Shown here piece after piece: positions 20,801 to 29,122 of a DNA stretch of 64,000 nucleotides. The stretch is from an uncultured virus (IMG/VR IMGVR_UViG_3300032093_000120). Lineage: Duplodnaviria; Heunggongvirae; Uroviricota; Caudoviricetes. Under the pieces are notes generated by a model, which was not told where the DNA came from, made no database searches, and saw nothing but the letters and a program-made list of their open reading frames with translations. The stretch is taken from IMG/VR virus record IMGVR_UViG_3300032093_000120, one strand, 5' to 3'. The position numbers and the translations under genes were made by a program. Numbering within the stretch: position 1 is the stretch's first letter; each line of letters opens with the position of its first letter.

Positions 20801-23800
20801 GACGATATAACATGGTTAAAAGCCGGAAATTGGGAAACAATTGAATCTGAGGGTGTCCAAGACGCTATTCAGTTTGCTGGGTTTGACAGTTTCTATGTAA
20901 AAGAGCACGGTCGCAAAAACCTTGCTGTTTACGAGCCAACCCAAATTAAGTCCGCTACTGGCAACCAAGGCACATTTGACATCAATGAACCTGATGTTCG
21001 TTTGAGCCTCAAGAAGGTTAACGAGTTATTTGACAAGGCAGAAGACATCCCTGAGTCAGAGGGTGTTGAGATCATCCGTAGCAACTGGATCGGTGGTGTA
21101 TCAGGCATTGGCGAGCGTGACTCAGCCTATGACTTGTACCGTGTAAACGGTGGCAAGAAATACATGAGCGCTGTTCAAGACTTAGTGCGTAAAGAACTTG
21201 GAGATAACTTCAAAGGCTACCGCCTGATGCATACCGACGAGTTGGAAGAGATACAGACTGGTGCTATGGGCAGTCAACTGGCATCCTTCACCTTGCGTCC
21301 TGACATTGCACAATCGTTTGCCAACTTAGCAACGTATAGCAAAGTTCCAAAAGACAAACTAAAAGTTGTTGAAATGGACTTAACTCCTGAGCATGTGTGG
21401 ATGGTTGGTCATCCTGCAGAGCAAGAGTTGGTCATTGATTACGGTCAGGGCTACAACCCATCAGCAGTTACTGAGTACAAAGAGAAACTCAGCCTACGTT
21501 CGCTGATGCCTGACCTGCGCAGCCAGCGCCAGCCGCCAGATTCTAAAGAGTTTAAACAGTGGTTCACTGGTAGTTACTTCACGTCCAACGGCGAGCCATT
21601 GATCATGTACCACGGCACTGCCCGTGACATCACCATATTCAGAGGCAAGCAAGCCAAGGCTATTTTCATTACCACTAATCCTGTGGTGGCTGAGAACTAC
21701 ACAGGCATGGGTGAGGACTACATGCGTGCTGAAGCCTATAAGGCTTTGACCCGTGATGAGAAGGCTGAACTCATTTCTGTTGTGGCTGAACAGGCCGAAC
21801 GTGATGGAACTATTAACAAAGACGAACTCAAAGAGATTCAAAAGAACCTCAAGAAGCGCGTGCCTGATCTCAAGAACCTGCCGTATCAGATTGAGGGCGA
21901 GATCATTGAGAGTTTAAACAACCTACTGCCTACACGCGGCAACATCATGCCCGTGTATGTCAACGCCAAGAATGTGTTTGACTACGCTAATCCTAATGAC
22001 GTGAATTTAGTCATGGACAGGCTTACCAACTACAGCAAGACATTAGGTAAAAAGGAAAACCCTGAGCAGTACTTAGCCGCTGTTAAGGGAATGATCTCCC
22101 GTGGCAACTGGCCTCGCATTGAAAGCCCTGAGGTACAAGAAGCGATCCGTGGTGCGGGCTTTGACGGGTTCTCCGTCCTAGAAGCCGGCACTAAGAATTA
22201 TGCCGTCTACAACCCGACCGCCATCAAGTCTGTTACAGGAAACATTGGAACGTATGGTTTGGGCGAGGTAAGCACTGAACAAGCCGCACAGTTTGGCATG
22301 ACAGCAGAGCAAGCCCGTCAGGCACAGGCAGAAGGTGACATCCGCCTCAGTCTGAAGAAAGTTCCTGTCGGCATCCCAGATAACGTTTGGAATTTACACA
22401 ACAGATATCAGGAAGCACAAGGCAACGTCGCTGAAGGCGAGATGGTCTCCCAGCGCAAGACGGCTGCAACCAAAGCGTTTAAACGCCTAAGTGATGCTGC
22501 AGAAGCGTATACAGGCAACGAACAAGACGCACTCAAGTTAATGCAAGAGATGAATGCCATCAGCGGTATTCGTCAGGCTATGGCTGAGGACGACAAGAGT
22601 GCGTTGGATACATACAAGGTTATGTCTCCCGCCCTGTGGCGTCAGGAAACCCGCGAGAAGTTAAGCCTACGTGCCGCCACTGCACCAGCCATGAATGCCG
22701 CAATTGACAGAACCACCTTTGTAAGGGAGGAAAAAGGTTTTGTTGAAAGGTTGATGGAAGCTATCTCTCCTCAGTCATGGTCTGACTTCCGTGCCAAGGC
22801 TTTGAACCGTTACAACGCTATGAGCGTGGCGGACAAGAAGCGTGCGCAGAAGATGGGTGGAGCCGCCCTCCTTGCTGACCAAAGCGCTGAATCAGCCGCA
22901 CTCATGTCTGATCTGTCAGCGGGTGTGACAGCCTCTGTCCTAGGTGTGCATGACCGTAACGGTGGTGCTCCGGTCTTCCGTAACGGTGTAACCACAGTTG
23001 ATGGAAGCATCAAAGGTCCCGTGGCTATCTTTGCTCCGTTGGCAAGATATGGTGACCCACGCATTTATCAGATGTGGCAGTTCTATGCTGGCGCTAAACG
23101 TGCCCGTAGATACTTCAAGGACGGTAAAGAGCAGAACTACACGCCAAGCGACATGGCCTACGCCGACCAGTTAGGCCAGCAGTACCCTGAGTTTAAACAG
23201 ATATTTGACGAGTGGAATGCATTCAACAACGCACTAGTCCAGTACCAAGTGGACACAGGTGTGCTCAGTAAAGAGCGTGCAGATGAATACCGCAAGTACT
23301 CAGACTACCTACCGTTCTACCGCCAGTTGGAAGACGAGGCAACCCTCGGTCCTAAGGTGTTCCAAAGCATCTCAGGCGTCAAGGGTCCTAAGAAGCTCAA
23401 AGGCTCAGAGGCTCCTATCGCTGACCTGATGGAGACCATCGTCCGTAACGTTCAGTCTGGCATCCAAGCCGGTATGAAGAACACAGCGGCTCAACGTGCT
23501 ATTAAGGTGTTTGAAGACATTGGTGAGGCTGTGCCTACCCACCCAACAGACACCGGACCCTCTACCGTGTATGCCTTGGTCAACGGTGAGAAGAAGGCCT
23601 ACATCGTTGCAGACCATGCGCTATACAACTCTATGCAGAGTTTAAACTTGCCTGAGTTGCCGTTCCTTGGCTTCTTCGCTGGTCCCGCTAACCTCTTGCG
23701 TAACCTAGTTACTAAAGACCCCGGATTCATGTTAGCCAACATGGTGCGTGACTCTATGTCTGCATGGGTAACTAGCGGAGTCAGCATGACCCCCGTAGCC

Positions 23801-25213
23801 TCCGCCGTCAAGAACTTCACTGGTGCGTTGCGTGGCACTGCTCCAGAATACCAAGCCCTGTTAAACGCTGGTATCTTGGGTGGCTATGAGTTCTCACAGA
23901 ACGTGGAAGCAAGCGGTAAGCAACTCAGTAAAGAGTTAGCCAAGTACGGTCCGACCACAACCTTTGGCAAGATCACCAAGCCGTTTACATCCCTGTGGGG
24001 TGCGTTAGAGAAAGGCACTACAGCCTCTGACGCTGCGACCCGTATGGAGGTTTACAAGAATGTATTGGCTGAGACCGGTAATGAGGCGGAAGCCCTGTAC
24101 CGTGCGCTTGAGGTGATGAACTTCAACCGTAAGGGTAACTCAGCGGTCGTCCGCATCCTGACTGCCGCCGTGCCGTTCCTGAATGCACGCATGCAAGGTC
24201 TAGATGTTCTTTACCGTGCGTCATTTGGTCAAATGGCTACGCAAGACGCAAAAGCAATTCAGAAGTCGTTCTTCATTAGGGGGGCAACTATCATGGCTAT
24301 GTCCATGATGTACTGGGCGCTGACCCATGATGAAGAAGATTACATGAAACAGGAACAGGAAACCCGTGACAACTACTGGTTAATACCTAGTCTCGGCATC
24401 AAGATTCCTATTCCGTTTGAGGTGGGCGTTATCTTCAAGGTGATCCCTGAGCGTATCGCTGAGTATGCCTTTGGCAACGACACAGGCAAGGACTTTGCCG
24501 ATGCCATGAAGCGTAACTTCACAAACACCTTTGCGTTTAACCCAATCCCTCAGACCATCCTTCCGTTGGTTGAGGCTAGGACCGACCACTCATTCTTCAC
24601 CGGACGAGCCATCCTTAGTAAGGGACTAGAAGGCGTGGCTCCTGAGTACCAAATAGGACCCAACACCTCGCGCATGGCGCAGTTCTTTGCCAGTTTGACA
24701 AGCGGTATGACGGCACTCCCTGATTTCCTCCGCTCACCAGCAATGATTGATCACATCATCGGTGGCTACACAGGAACGTTTGGCATGTATGCCGTAGACG
24801 CTGTGGATGCGATTGTCAGTGCTAATAGTGATGTACCTAAGGCGTCTAAACGTTTTGAGCAGATGCCCGTACTGCGCAGGTTCTTGCTTGACCCTGAGGC
24901 ACGTGGCAACGTTACGGCGTACTACGACCTCAAGAACGCAACCGACGAGGTGGTCAGGACATCTAACTTCCTTGAACGCACCATGAACTTTGAGAACTTC
25001 GCGGACTACAGCCAAGACACCATAAAGATGTTAGCAAGCGCTGACTTCGTTAAGTCTATGGACAAGGACATGAAGGAGTTAAACGACGTAATCGGCGTCA
25101 TAAGGAACTCCAGCATGAGTTCTGATGAGAAGCGGGATGCCCTGTTGTCCCTCAATCAGGCTCAGAACAACCTGACTGCCAACATTAAGTTGATTAAGAA
25201 ATCACTTGACTGA
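14873..25213 (+). CDS. Giant polyvalent virion protein: zincin peptidase, several ADP-ribosyltransferase domains, GP88-like, ParB-like, C-terminal LPD38-like
   Basis: HESLH at aa 957; two 'FK.WF..S...G.P..MYHGT...MPVYV.A.N.FD...GFD...IKS.TGN.GT' modules; YR/SFT/EQE module; 'RLNVTSD..FYDYTK'; 'EGRHRA'; 'NFNRKG..VPFLNARMQG..KIPIPFEVG'. Confidence 0.8.
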   Translation: MPIYKIQAPDGNIYRIEGPAGANPEDLFRTVAEQRPMAAKTTEELQAEKSAPTSISDLARTAGSSFVGAGKSLVDVFGAGSDISSYLGDVAQKLEQGKTPERLAEMARRAELSKRAEKEGTWAQIKSGLAGVAEAPLESVVGGVFSSAPTIAAGAAALAALPASAPAAIAVGVQRASRILMSAAQGTGEVKGDIHESIKNAYKEKNPNMPPEEVERLATEAQAYTLKNAPLLIGGAAFGAIDAVTGFEKSTSQALKNALSPNKTAFTKEGLQSAIANLPKKAVEAPTYLGQAVKTGIGESIPEGLQGGYGQLAQNVAMSQAGFETPTFQGVAGAAARDALVGALTGTAMSPLSHSVANAEFQADKYLRGVQAQQQFDKEREEFAKTQEQTKENLGVNKTLMLGYEPPAEEEKYTNPAATIKKNELMADEVKFVDTYRKQNGLPPLKSYSIEDIKDAMPNVDPAGEQGRIDSILAAKYGYKPVDDNTGKPVNYTADDVISAAEDEKNVATGTKGFNDFLTRTTGSSDLNTMTQPQLFAAYSAIKQMPESTEKVILPEGTGASRFTDKQYKKAVSWFGQTFESVDNKPLSRDTIIGDIQEATGLEQKQDAEALLDTAVKNGDLAETEERVFRTYDANDKLVSTYRDKEKAAAAAKKQGLNVREETLRQMMPPPAAEPAKRANLPEGYAMSKETIKEGEVPVGFDIFPEGKGKALFTVPTSEAVQEKIDQLIPARKKEAARYLSYMDRDKATLQKARDSLVSMEARGEVGSQAYELAKTKLAKQERVLGNRILKSMERITDYEQPLISRPSEKKKQITREKITVTKQGKFLGSFPDNVKAQEAILVQMSDQELADTASDGRLGAIADRAAKEIERRKSPTGIMVRRTPKAKEELPPLSPELTAVADEISKKLVPILQRMGLGDVGFKIVQSIKNGGEGSYTKNLIQLAIDAEKPLEVMHHESLHALKDLGFFTPQQWSTLENQAQKSWITKYLKNVQVEVEIDGVKQTMSRYDAYVALKYTPEDIVEEAIADAFADFATSKPPGGMIASIMKRLNDLFKAIKNAFNRSGFESAEDIFTKAQRGELKPSNWKATPEVKAQADAYDQQNGILPYTSEGQIKIPLEGEGQKLSLKKAYSEKDVAREQRKQEAGKKFKVLKNDPITGLPLNQDGTVTLYYPTTNEGARELARTKKLVGHSPTANRIYLTNESSAPEVAKNPSMIEQPLGGANVMLQIDPSFLHPLEDHDKSGRRDFFIPIAEGQAFANKARLTKLFTLDAPRTKGLHPDRTLAQVQDAITDTVAKWKNASAQERRLMASQAKATLIAQHNVTRLFGANSKLEKTNIGDYGLTFNGKKVMSTGLGFASAQKINDQQLASTCPKSAICEALCLGETSGQNLLYGGEGEFRSGPRLSQYLKTEALIVNPEAFTVAMIRQIEAFRNAAKAAGKEDGEAGYQPAIRLNVTSDFKPATFEAIINMFPDVMFYDYTKLETKPIAPNHHLTYSSTGASQVVGNKVIYNKESNWDNMVKKFLSNGKNVAMAFTSRNAMPKFVMDERTGKTFEVWNGDEYDARFLDPSREDGAGLIIGLTNKDNTTKPEDAAEKHKGFFLDYDPARDGDTLIIRNQDSLKPGAPVEFKRKEKLSLRSARGMFEDGLIQEVPNYKGREKVIELPIKDFLRLAQEGEVKGKQSDIEDLFKAGTKLNSLPLLMAYNNQKGDLKVQGHEGRHRARALLGQGYDTMPVRFLTSIRWSEQNDPTNFDYEKNWPSKVISEDSDDISIPMPVSREQSMEPYSSEKLSLRKAPDTPAFKRWFGKSKIVNPDGTPKVMYHGTSRDIGAFKPKQAGAIFLTDDSDFAARFSQRSTDFMLNEIAKGIDSKPDEKRALITRLVDDAVANKKLATKENSNGLFDTTREEHIEEFMNRPLSQSMGTVGIGNALTQELSDRMPSGQNIMPVYVKAENTFDYENPRHIKKIIDHFTEIDNDDITWLKAGNWETIESEGVQDAIQFAGFDSFYVKEHGRKNLAVYEPTQIKSATGNQGTFDINEPDVRLSLKKVNELFDKAEDIPESEGVEIIRSNWIGGVSGIGERDSAYDLYRVNGGKKYMSAVQDLVRKELGDNFKGYRLMHTDELEEIQTGAMGSQLASFTLRPDIAQSFANLATYSKVPKDKLKVVEMDLTPEHVWMVGHPAEQELVIDYGQGYNPSAVTEYKEKLSLRSLMPDLRSQRQPPDSKEFKQWFTGSYFTSNGEPLIMYHGTARDITIFRGKQAKAIFITTNPVVAENYTGMGEDYMRAEAYKALTRDEKAELISVVAEQAERDGTINKDELKEIQKNLKKRVPDLKNLPYQIEGEIIESLNNLLPTRGNIMPVYVNAKNVFDYANPNDVNLVMDRLTNYSKTLGKKENPEQYLAAVKGMISRGNWPRIESPEVQEAIRGAGFDGFSVLEAGTKNYAVYNPTAIKSVTGNIGTYGLGEVSTEQAAQFGMTAEQARQAQAEGDIRLSLKKVPVGIPDNVWNLHNRYQEAQGNVAEGEMVSQRKTAATKAFKRLSDAAEAYTGNEQDALKLMQEMNAISGIRQAMAEDDKSALDTYKVMSPALWRQETREKLSLRAATAPAMNAAIDRTTFVREEKGFVERLMEAISPQSWSDFRAKALNRYNAMSVADKKRAQKMGGAALLADQSAESAALMSDLSAGVTASVLGVHDRNGGAPVFRNGVTTVDGSIKGPVAIFAPLARYGDPRIYQMWQFYAGAKRARRYFKDGKEQNYTPSDMAYADQLGQQYPEFKQIFDEWNAFNNALVQYQVDTGVLSKERADEYRKYSDYLPFYRQLEDEATLGPKVFQSISGVKGPKKLKGSEAPIADLMETIVRNVQSGIQAGMKNTAAQRAIKVFEDIGEAVPTHPTDTGPSTVYALVNGEKKAYIVADHALYNSMQSLNLPELPFLGFFAGPANLLRNLVTKDPGFMLANMVRDSMSAWVTSGVSMTPVASAVKNFTGALRGTAPEYQALLNAGILGGYEFSQNVEASGKQLSKELAKYGPTTTFGKITKPFTSLWGALEKGTTASDAATRMEVYKNVLAETGNEAEALYRALEVMNFNRKGNSAVVRILTAAVPFLNARMQGLDVLYRASFGQMATQDAKAIQKSFFIRGATIMAMSMMYWALTHDEEDYMKQEQETRDNYWLIPSLGIKIPIPFEVGVIFKVIPERIAEYAFGNDTGKDFADAMKRNFTNTFAFNPIPQTILPLVEARTDHSFFTGRAILSKGLEGVAPEYQIGPNTSRMAQFFASLTSGMTALPDFLRSPAMIDHIIGGYTGTFGMYAVDAVDAIVSANSDVPKASKRFEQMPVLRRFLLDPEARGNVTAYYDLKNATDEVVRTSNFLERTMNFENFADYSQDTIKMLASADFVKSMDKDMKELNDVIGVIRNSSMSSDEKRDALLSLNQAQNNLTANIKLIKKSLD

Positions 25214-25489
25214 TAGGTGATCCATCTCAAAGAGCCAGCCTACCGTCCTTCGGTGGGCTTCCTCCCATGCGTTTAAACGCTCCTGTTTAGACATCTTGTT
25301 ACCTTGGTCTATTGCCGCGTGGCAGGTATAACAAAGGGCGGCTATACGGTAGTCAGGGGCTTTGATGCCCCTTCCCTTTCCGTCACGTAATTGGTTAGAG
25401 TGCGCGGCTACTACAGTGCCGTCTTGCCTTGAACATATCTGACAGGGTGACTCTCTGACGATCTCTAAGAGTTTCTTATTCCGGTACAT
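25202..25489 (-). CDS. YbcO/DUF1364-like HNH-type nuclease
   Basis: 'PCQIC...VVAAHSN...GKGRGIKA.D...AALCYTCH..ID'. Confidence 0.75.
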   Translation of the reverse strand: MYRNKKLLEIVRESPCQICSRQDGTVVAAHSNQLRDGKGRGIKAPDYRIAALCYTCHAAIDQGNKMSKQERLNAWEEAHRRTVGWLFEMDHLSVK

Positions 25490-25635
25490 GTATAAGTGTA
25501 TGGATTAAAGCGCTATTCCAAGCCGCACGCCAGACTTCGTATGACCAGCCGCCGTCGTCCTCAAAGGCAAGCGAGCCTATAAAGTCACAATATGCCTGTT
25601 TACACGCTGAGTCCAGCAGCGGCAGCGTCACGTTG

Positions 25636-26028
25636 TCATTCGGGTCTTGCATGTTGAGCCTCCGCCTGTTGGACTTTGTACCACTTAATCCTAGACCTCA
25701 TAATCCGTAGATCACGTTCTGCAAGGAATGGAATCTTAGTGTTCTCAGGAGCCGTTTCAGCAAACGCACGGTTCTCCAGATGAAAGATGAACGACCCCGG
25801 ATCAATCCCCACCAAATAAGCATAGCGTTTAAACGGGCTTGTGTCGTCGTAGAAGAACTTTAAACTCTCATACGCATGGGCATTGAAGTTCTTACCGTAG
25901 TGCTTCTCTTGGGATGTTGGGCTAATGGCAATGTCTTTTAGGGACTGTGCAATCACAGACGCCAGCAACCTAGCGCACCGTTTTGTTTGCTCATCCACGC
26001 CATCTTGTGTGCTTGTGAAGTCAACCAT
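25636..26028 (-). CDS. Hypothetical protein
   Basis: ORF in a tightly packed leftward operon. Confidence 0.6.
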   Translation of the reverse strand: MVDFTSTQDGVDEQTKRCARLLASVIAQSLKDIAISPTSQEKHYGKNFNAHAYESLKFFYDDTSPFKRYAYLVGIDPGSFIFHLENRAFAETAPENTKIPFLAERDLRIMRSRIKWYKVQQAEAQHARPE

Positions 26029-26261
26029 TATTCCATCTCCTTTAGTTTTTTCATTGCTTTCCAGAAGTCGCCAGTGACTGGGTCGCCGCCATCGTCTATG
26101 CGTTTACACACATCTGCGGCCTGCTCTACGGCATCTGTTAAAAACACATAGGCCTTAGACCCATGCTCAAACCCCATCTCGTAAGCATTAATCATGGCAG
26201 TGACGGTGTTCTCATCACACCCAACACTGCGTAGTAAGGTGGTCATTTCATTTAGTTTCAT
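26028..26261 (-). CDS. Hypothetical protein
   Basis: ORF coupled to the next gene. Confidence 0.55.
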   Translation of the reverse strand: MKLNEMTTLLRSVGCDENTVTAMINAYEMGFEHGSKAYVFLTDAVEQAADVCKRIDDGGDPVTGDFWKAMKKLKEME

Positions 26262-26351
26262 TGGTCACTGCTCATCATTAGGATTGCCACAATGATTGCG
26301 ACGGCAATAAAGCCACCGAGGAGCAATAGGAAAACAGTCCAAATAATAGAT

Positions 26352-26567
26352 TCAAGCATCTTTAACTCCTAGTTCTTTAAGTTTCTCTTCCAATCTACGA
26401 ATGCGTTGGCGGTTGTACTCAACCACGCTCGTTGCATACTCAAGCGACTTCTCCGCTTGCATCTTAGATAGATACGCATCCCGCATCTCAATGTCAATGA
26501 GTTCTTTCATTGTTCTTGGTCGCAGCATATCTTTGATAAAAGTCACTATGGTTTCTCGTTTAGTCAT
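26352..26567 (-). CDS. Hypothetical coiled-coil protein
   Basis: AAGGAG RBS, helical composition. Confidence 0.55.
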   Translation of the reverse strand: MTKRETIVTFIKDMLRPRTMKELIDIEMRDAYLSKMQAEKSLEYATSVVEYNRQRIRRLEEKLKELGVKDA

Positions 26568-26733
26568 GTGTTCTCCTTGGCGTCATCATCCATTTCTTTA
26601 AGCATGTGACTCAAAGCCATCATCTGTTTGCTTTTCTCCATACGTTGCGCATGGAGCACATCCATTGCTTCGCTCAATGCTCTAGATGCCCCATACAGTT
26701 CAAGAATTTCGTCTTTGATTTCTTGCTTGGTTT

Positions 26734-26949
26734 TCATGTGTTGCGCTCCTTCAATGCTTGTTCAATCGCTTTGGCAAATGCAATTTGTCCGTCAGGCATA
26801 GACCCGCCACGGTGTGTTTTCAAAGTCTCTGTATAAATATCTAGGATTGTTGTTGGGTGCAGTCCAACCCAAGGCTTCTTGTACTCTTGGATGTCATCGT
26901 CATCTTCTACTCTGCGGTGTGGGACTGATATACCTATGTGTCTAGTCAT
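26734..26949 (-). CDS. Small protein with WVGL module
   Basis: 'KKPWVGL...FAKAIEQALKERN'. Confidence 0.55.
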   Translation of the reverse strand: MTRHIGISVPHRRVEDDDDIQEYKKPWVGLHPTTILDIYTETLKTHRGGSMPDGQIAFAKAIEQALKERNT

Positions 26950-27121
26950 GCTTGTTTCCTTTTCCAGTTGTCCCACTTTTCTCCAAACAATTCATCACCC
27001 ATAGCCCACTGCAAGAGCATGGTGTACATGAGGTTACATTCACCGTTAGCTTCATAAGACCGCTCTGCCCAGTACAAAGAATTGTTCTTTGCGCCTTCTA
27101 TGTATTCCTCTCTAGTTTGGC

Positions 27122-27424
27122 TCATGCTTGTCCCCTTTTCCTGATTAAATCAGCAGTTTGATACGGCTCTGCCATTTCTGCCAGCTTCGCACACGCCTCA
27201 CGCTCTTTCTGTACTGCTATTTCTATCGCGGGCTTGAGCATATCTATCGCAGTCTCTTGCAACTTTTGTTGTATCTCTAACATCTCTGTTAACTTGGCAA
27301 TCTGTTCTTCATGTGTCATGCTCTTTTCCTTTCTTGGCAATGGATGCCCCGTTAGTCTGTAGACTTCATCACGCCATATCTGTGCGCGTTGTTTGTTGTA
27401 TTCACAGGTAGGGCAGTCAGCCAT
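27122..27424 (-). CDS. Hypothetical protein
   Basis: Likely start MADCPTC; 'EREACAKL' motif common in small phage proteins. Confidence 0.5.
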   Translation of the reverse strand: MADCPTCEYNKQRAQIWRDEVYRLTGHPLPRKEKSMTHEEQIAKLTEMLEIQQKLQETAIDMLKPAIEIAVQKEREACAKLAEMAEPYQTADLIRKRGQA

Positions 27425-27677
27425 TGTTCTTCTCCTTGAGTTTGGCTTCAATGTCCCTGACCATTTCCAATATGGTGGAGCGCCCAGCCCCACACTGAAA
27501 ATCTTCCCAGTCCCAGTAGCCTTCAACCTCCTCATCCGTCAGCCCAACCCACGCACCTTTTGAGTACAGTGGTATGACTGGTTCTTCCCACTCTTTGGCA
27601 ACCTCTTCAATGATTGTCATCATCATTCCATTACCTTCCTCGGGCGGCAGTTCTTTTAACCATGCTGTCGGCTTCAT
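27417..27677 (-). CDS. Small protein with WVGLTDEE module
   Basis: 'WVGLTDEE...IEAKLKEKN'. Confidence 0.6.
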   Translation of the reverse strand: MKPTAWLKELPPEEGNGMMMTIIEEVAKEWEEPVIPLYSKGAWVGLTDEEVEGYWDWEDFQCGAGRSTILEMVRDIEAKLKEKNNG

Positions 27678-28024
27678 GCGTTCTTCTCCTTGAGTTTGGC
27701 TTCAATGCCTCTGAAAAATTCACGCCAAAAACTATCGGTCGGGTCTGATGCTTCCATTTTTTCAGCGCAATCTGCAATCTCCTCATCCGTCAGCCCAACC
27801 CATGTGCGCTGTGGTGCTTCATAAAGCAACGCTGCGTGTTTAAATTGCTTATCTGCAATCCAGTTAACTACACCATGATCTGCCCAAGCCACAGGCTCCT
27901 GCTCTGGCTGTGCCAAGGCTTCTTTGATGGCGGTGATGGCTCGTAAAACTTCTTGTCTGTCTTTTGCCAGCGGTGTTGTCGCCACTTGCAACGCCTCAAG
28001 CGCCAGTTCTAATGCTTGTCTCAT
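27674..28024 (-). CDS. Small protein with QEPVAW and WVGLTDEE modules
   Basis: 'QALELALEAL..AITAIKEALAQPEQEPVAW..WVGLTDEE..IEAKLKEKN'. Confidence 0.6.
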   Translation of the reverse strand: MRQALELALEALQVATTPLAKDRQEVLRAITAIKEALAQPEQEPVAWADHGVVNWIADKQFKHAALLYEAPQRTWVGLTDEEIADCAEKMEASDPTDSFWREFFRGIEAKLKEKNA

Positions 28025-28224
28025 TGCTTGCCCTCCAACTTAGCCAGTCGGTCACCCAGCTCGCGTATCAGCACACGGGCAATTGCCAGCTCGTCAGACA
28101 GTCTTAGGTAGTCATCCATTGAGATAGACATAAAAGGCACATGGGGCTTCATGTTTCGGATGTACTCCTGTTTGATGCGGGATTCCATCTCTATGCGGTT
28201 GAACTCTTCGTCTTCTGGTGTCAT
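28021..28224 (-). CDS. Hypothetical protein
   Basis: Likely start MTPEDEEF after AAGGAA. Confidence 0.5.
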   Translation of the reverse strand: MTPEDEEFNRIEMESRIKQEYIRNMKPHVPFMSISMDDYLRLSDELAIARVLIRELGDRLAKLEGKQ

Positions 28225-28448
28225 GCTTGTTTCCTTACAAAAGGTGCAGCCTTGTTGCGAATCCAAAACCCTGCTGCGTTTAAACACATCTTCTTGGCCT
28301 CCATTTCTTCGGTCGTCATGCAACGTCGTTCTTTAGTTCCCACCTTCCCAGTGCGATGCCTGTCAAACGCACTTGTACTGTTGAAGTACTTATGACATGT
28401 GGGGCACTGGTTTCTGTCCCCCGACCTCATGGTTAGTGCTTCAGACAT
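28221..28448 (-). CDS. Zinc-binding protein (CxxC...FDxHR...C)
   Basis: 'CPTCHKYFNSTSAFDRHRTG...RRC'. Confidence 0.65.
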   Translation of the reverse strand: MSEALTMRSGDRNQCPTCHKYFNSTSAFDRHRTGKVGTKERRCMTTEEMEAKKMCLNAAGFWIRNKAAPFVRKQA

Positions 28449-28746
28449 TTTGAACCTCCAGTATCTTGGCTTTCATAAGGTCAAGTTCCATCAACTCAGC
28501 AAAGGAACTCCCTGACGGGAACCTCATTTGTGATGCCTTGTTCTCCTTAATCAACCGGATGCTCTCATCCACACCCGCATTGAACCCCGCCATGTATGGA
28601 TCACCCTCAGCCATCCGCGCACTCAATCCCTCACGTATGACCTGAGACATGGTTATCTTCTTCTTCTTTGCAAACTTCTTCAGCCGGTCTATGTCCTTCT
28701 CCTCAAGATAGGTCATAAACGGCTTCACCTTAAAAGGGGTCATCAT
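28441..28746 (-). CDS. Ribbon-helix-helix DNA-binding protein
   Basis: 'FMTYL...DRLKKFAKKKKITMSQVIREGL'. Confidence 0.65.
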   Translation of the reverse strand: MMTPFKVKPFMTYLEEKDIDRLKKFAKKKKITMSQVIREGLSARMAEGDPYMAGFNAGVDESIRLIKENKASQMRFPSGSSFAELMELDLMKAKILEVQNV

Positions 28747-29122
28747 CGGTGCTCCAGTTCTTATATTCTTTTACTAGATCATCAAAGGCCATCTGCGCCA
28801 TGTGGTTCCCGTGCAACTCTGTTCGGGACGTTACCCCCAAACGCTTACACAGAACTGACGCAACTTCTTCCTCTGAGTTGGTCTCAAGGAAATCTTGAAA
28901 CCTAGGTAACCGGCACAGCATGCCCGCTTGGGACACTCTGTTGCTGTAGGGCGTAGGTGATTCATCGTCTTGTATGCGGACGAGTGCACAACCGTAACGC
29001 GCACCGACAAAGTCCCTAAGTAACTCCTCAGGGATTTCGTCGGGGTGGAGGGACAGGGTAAGGACGTAACCCGTCCTATCCTGTTTCAGTGCTACCTTAC
29101 GTGCCTCAAATTGAAGTGGCAT
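28730..29122 (-). CDS. Hypothetical protein
   Basis: Likely start MPLQFEARKV; operon context. Confidence 0.55.
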   Translation of the reverse strand: MPLQFEARKVALKQDRTGYVLTLSLHPDEIPEELLRDFVGARYGCALVRIQDDESPTPYSNRVSQAGMLCRLPRFQDFLETNSEEEVASVLCKRLGVTSRTELHGNHMAQMAFDDLVKEYKNWSTDDDPF

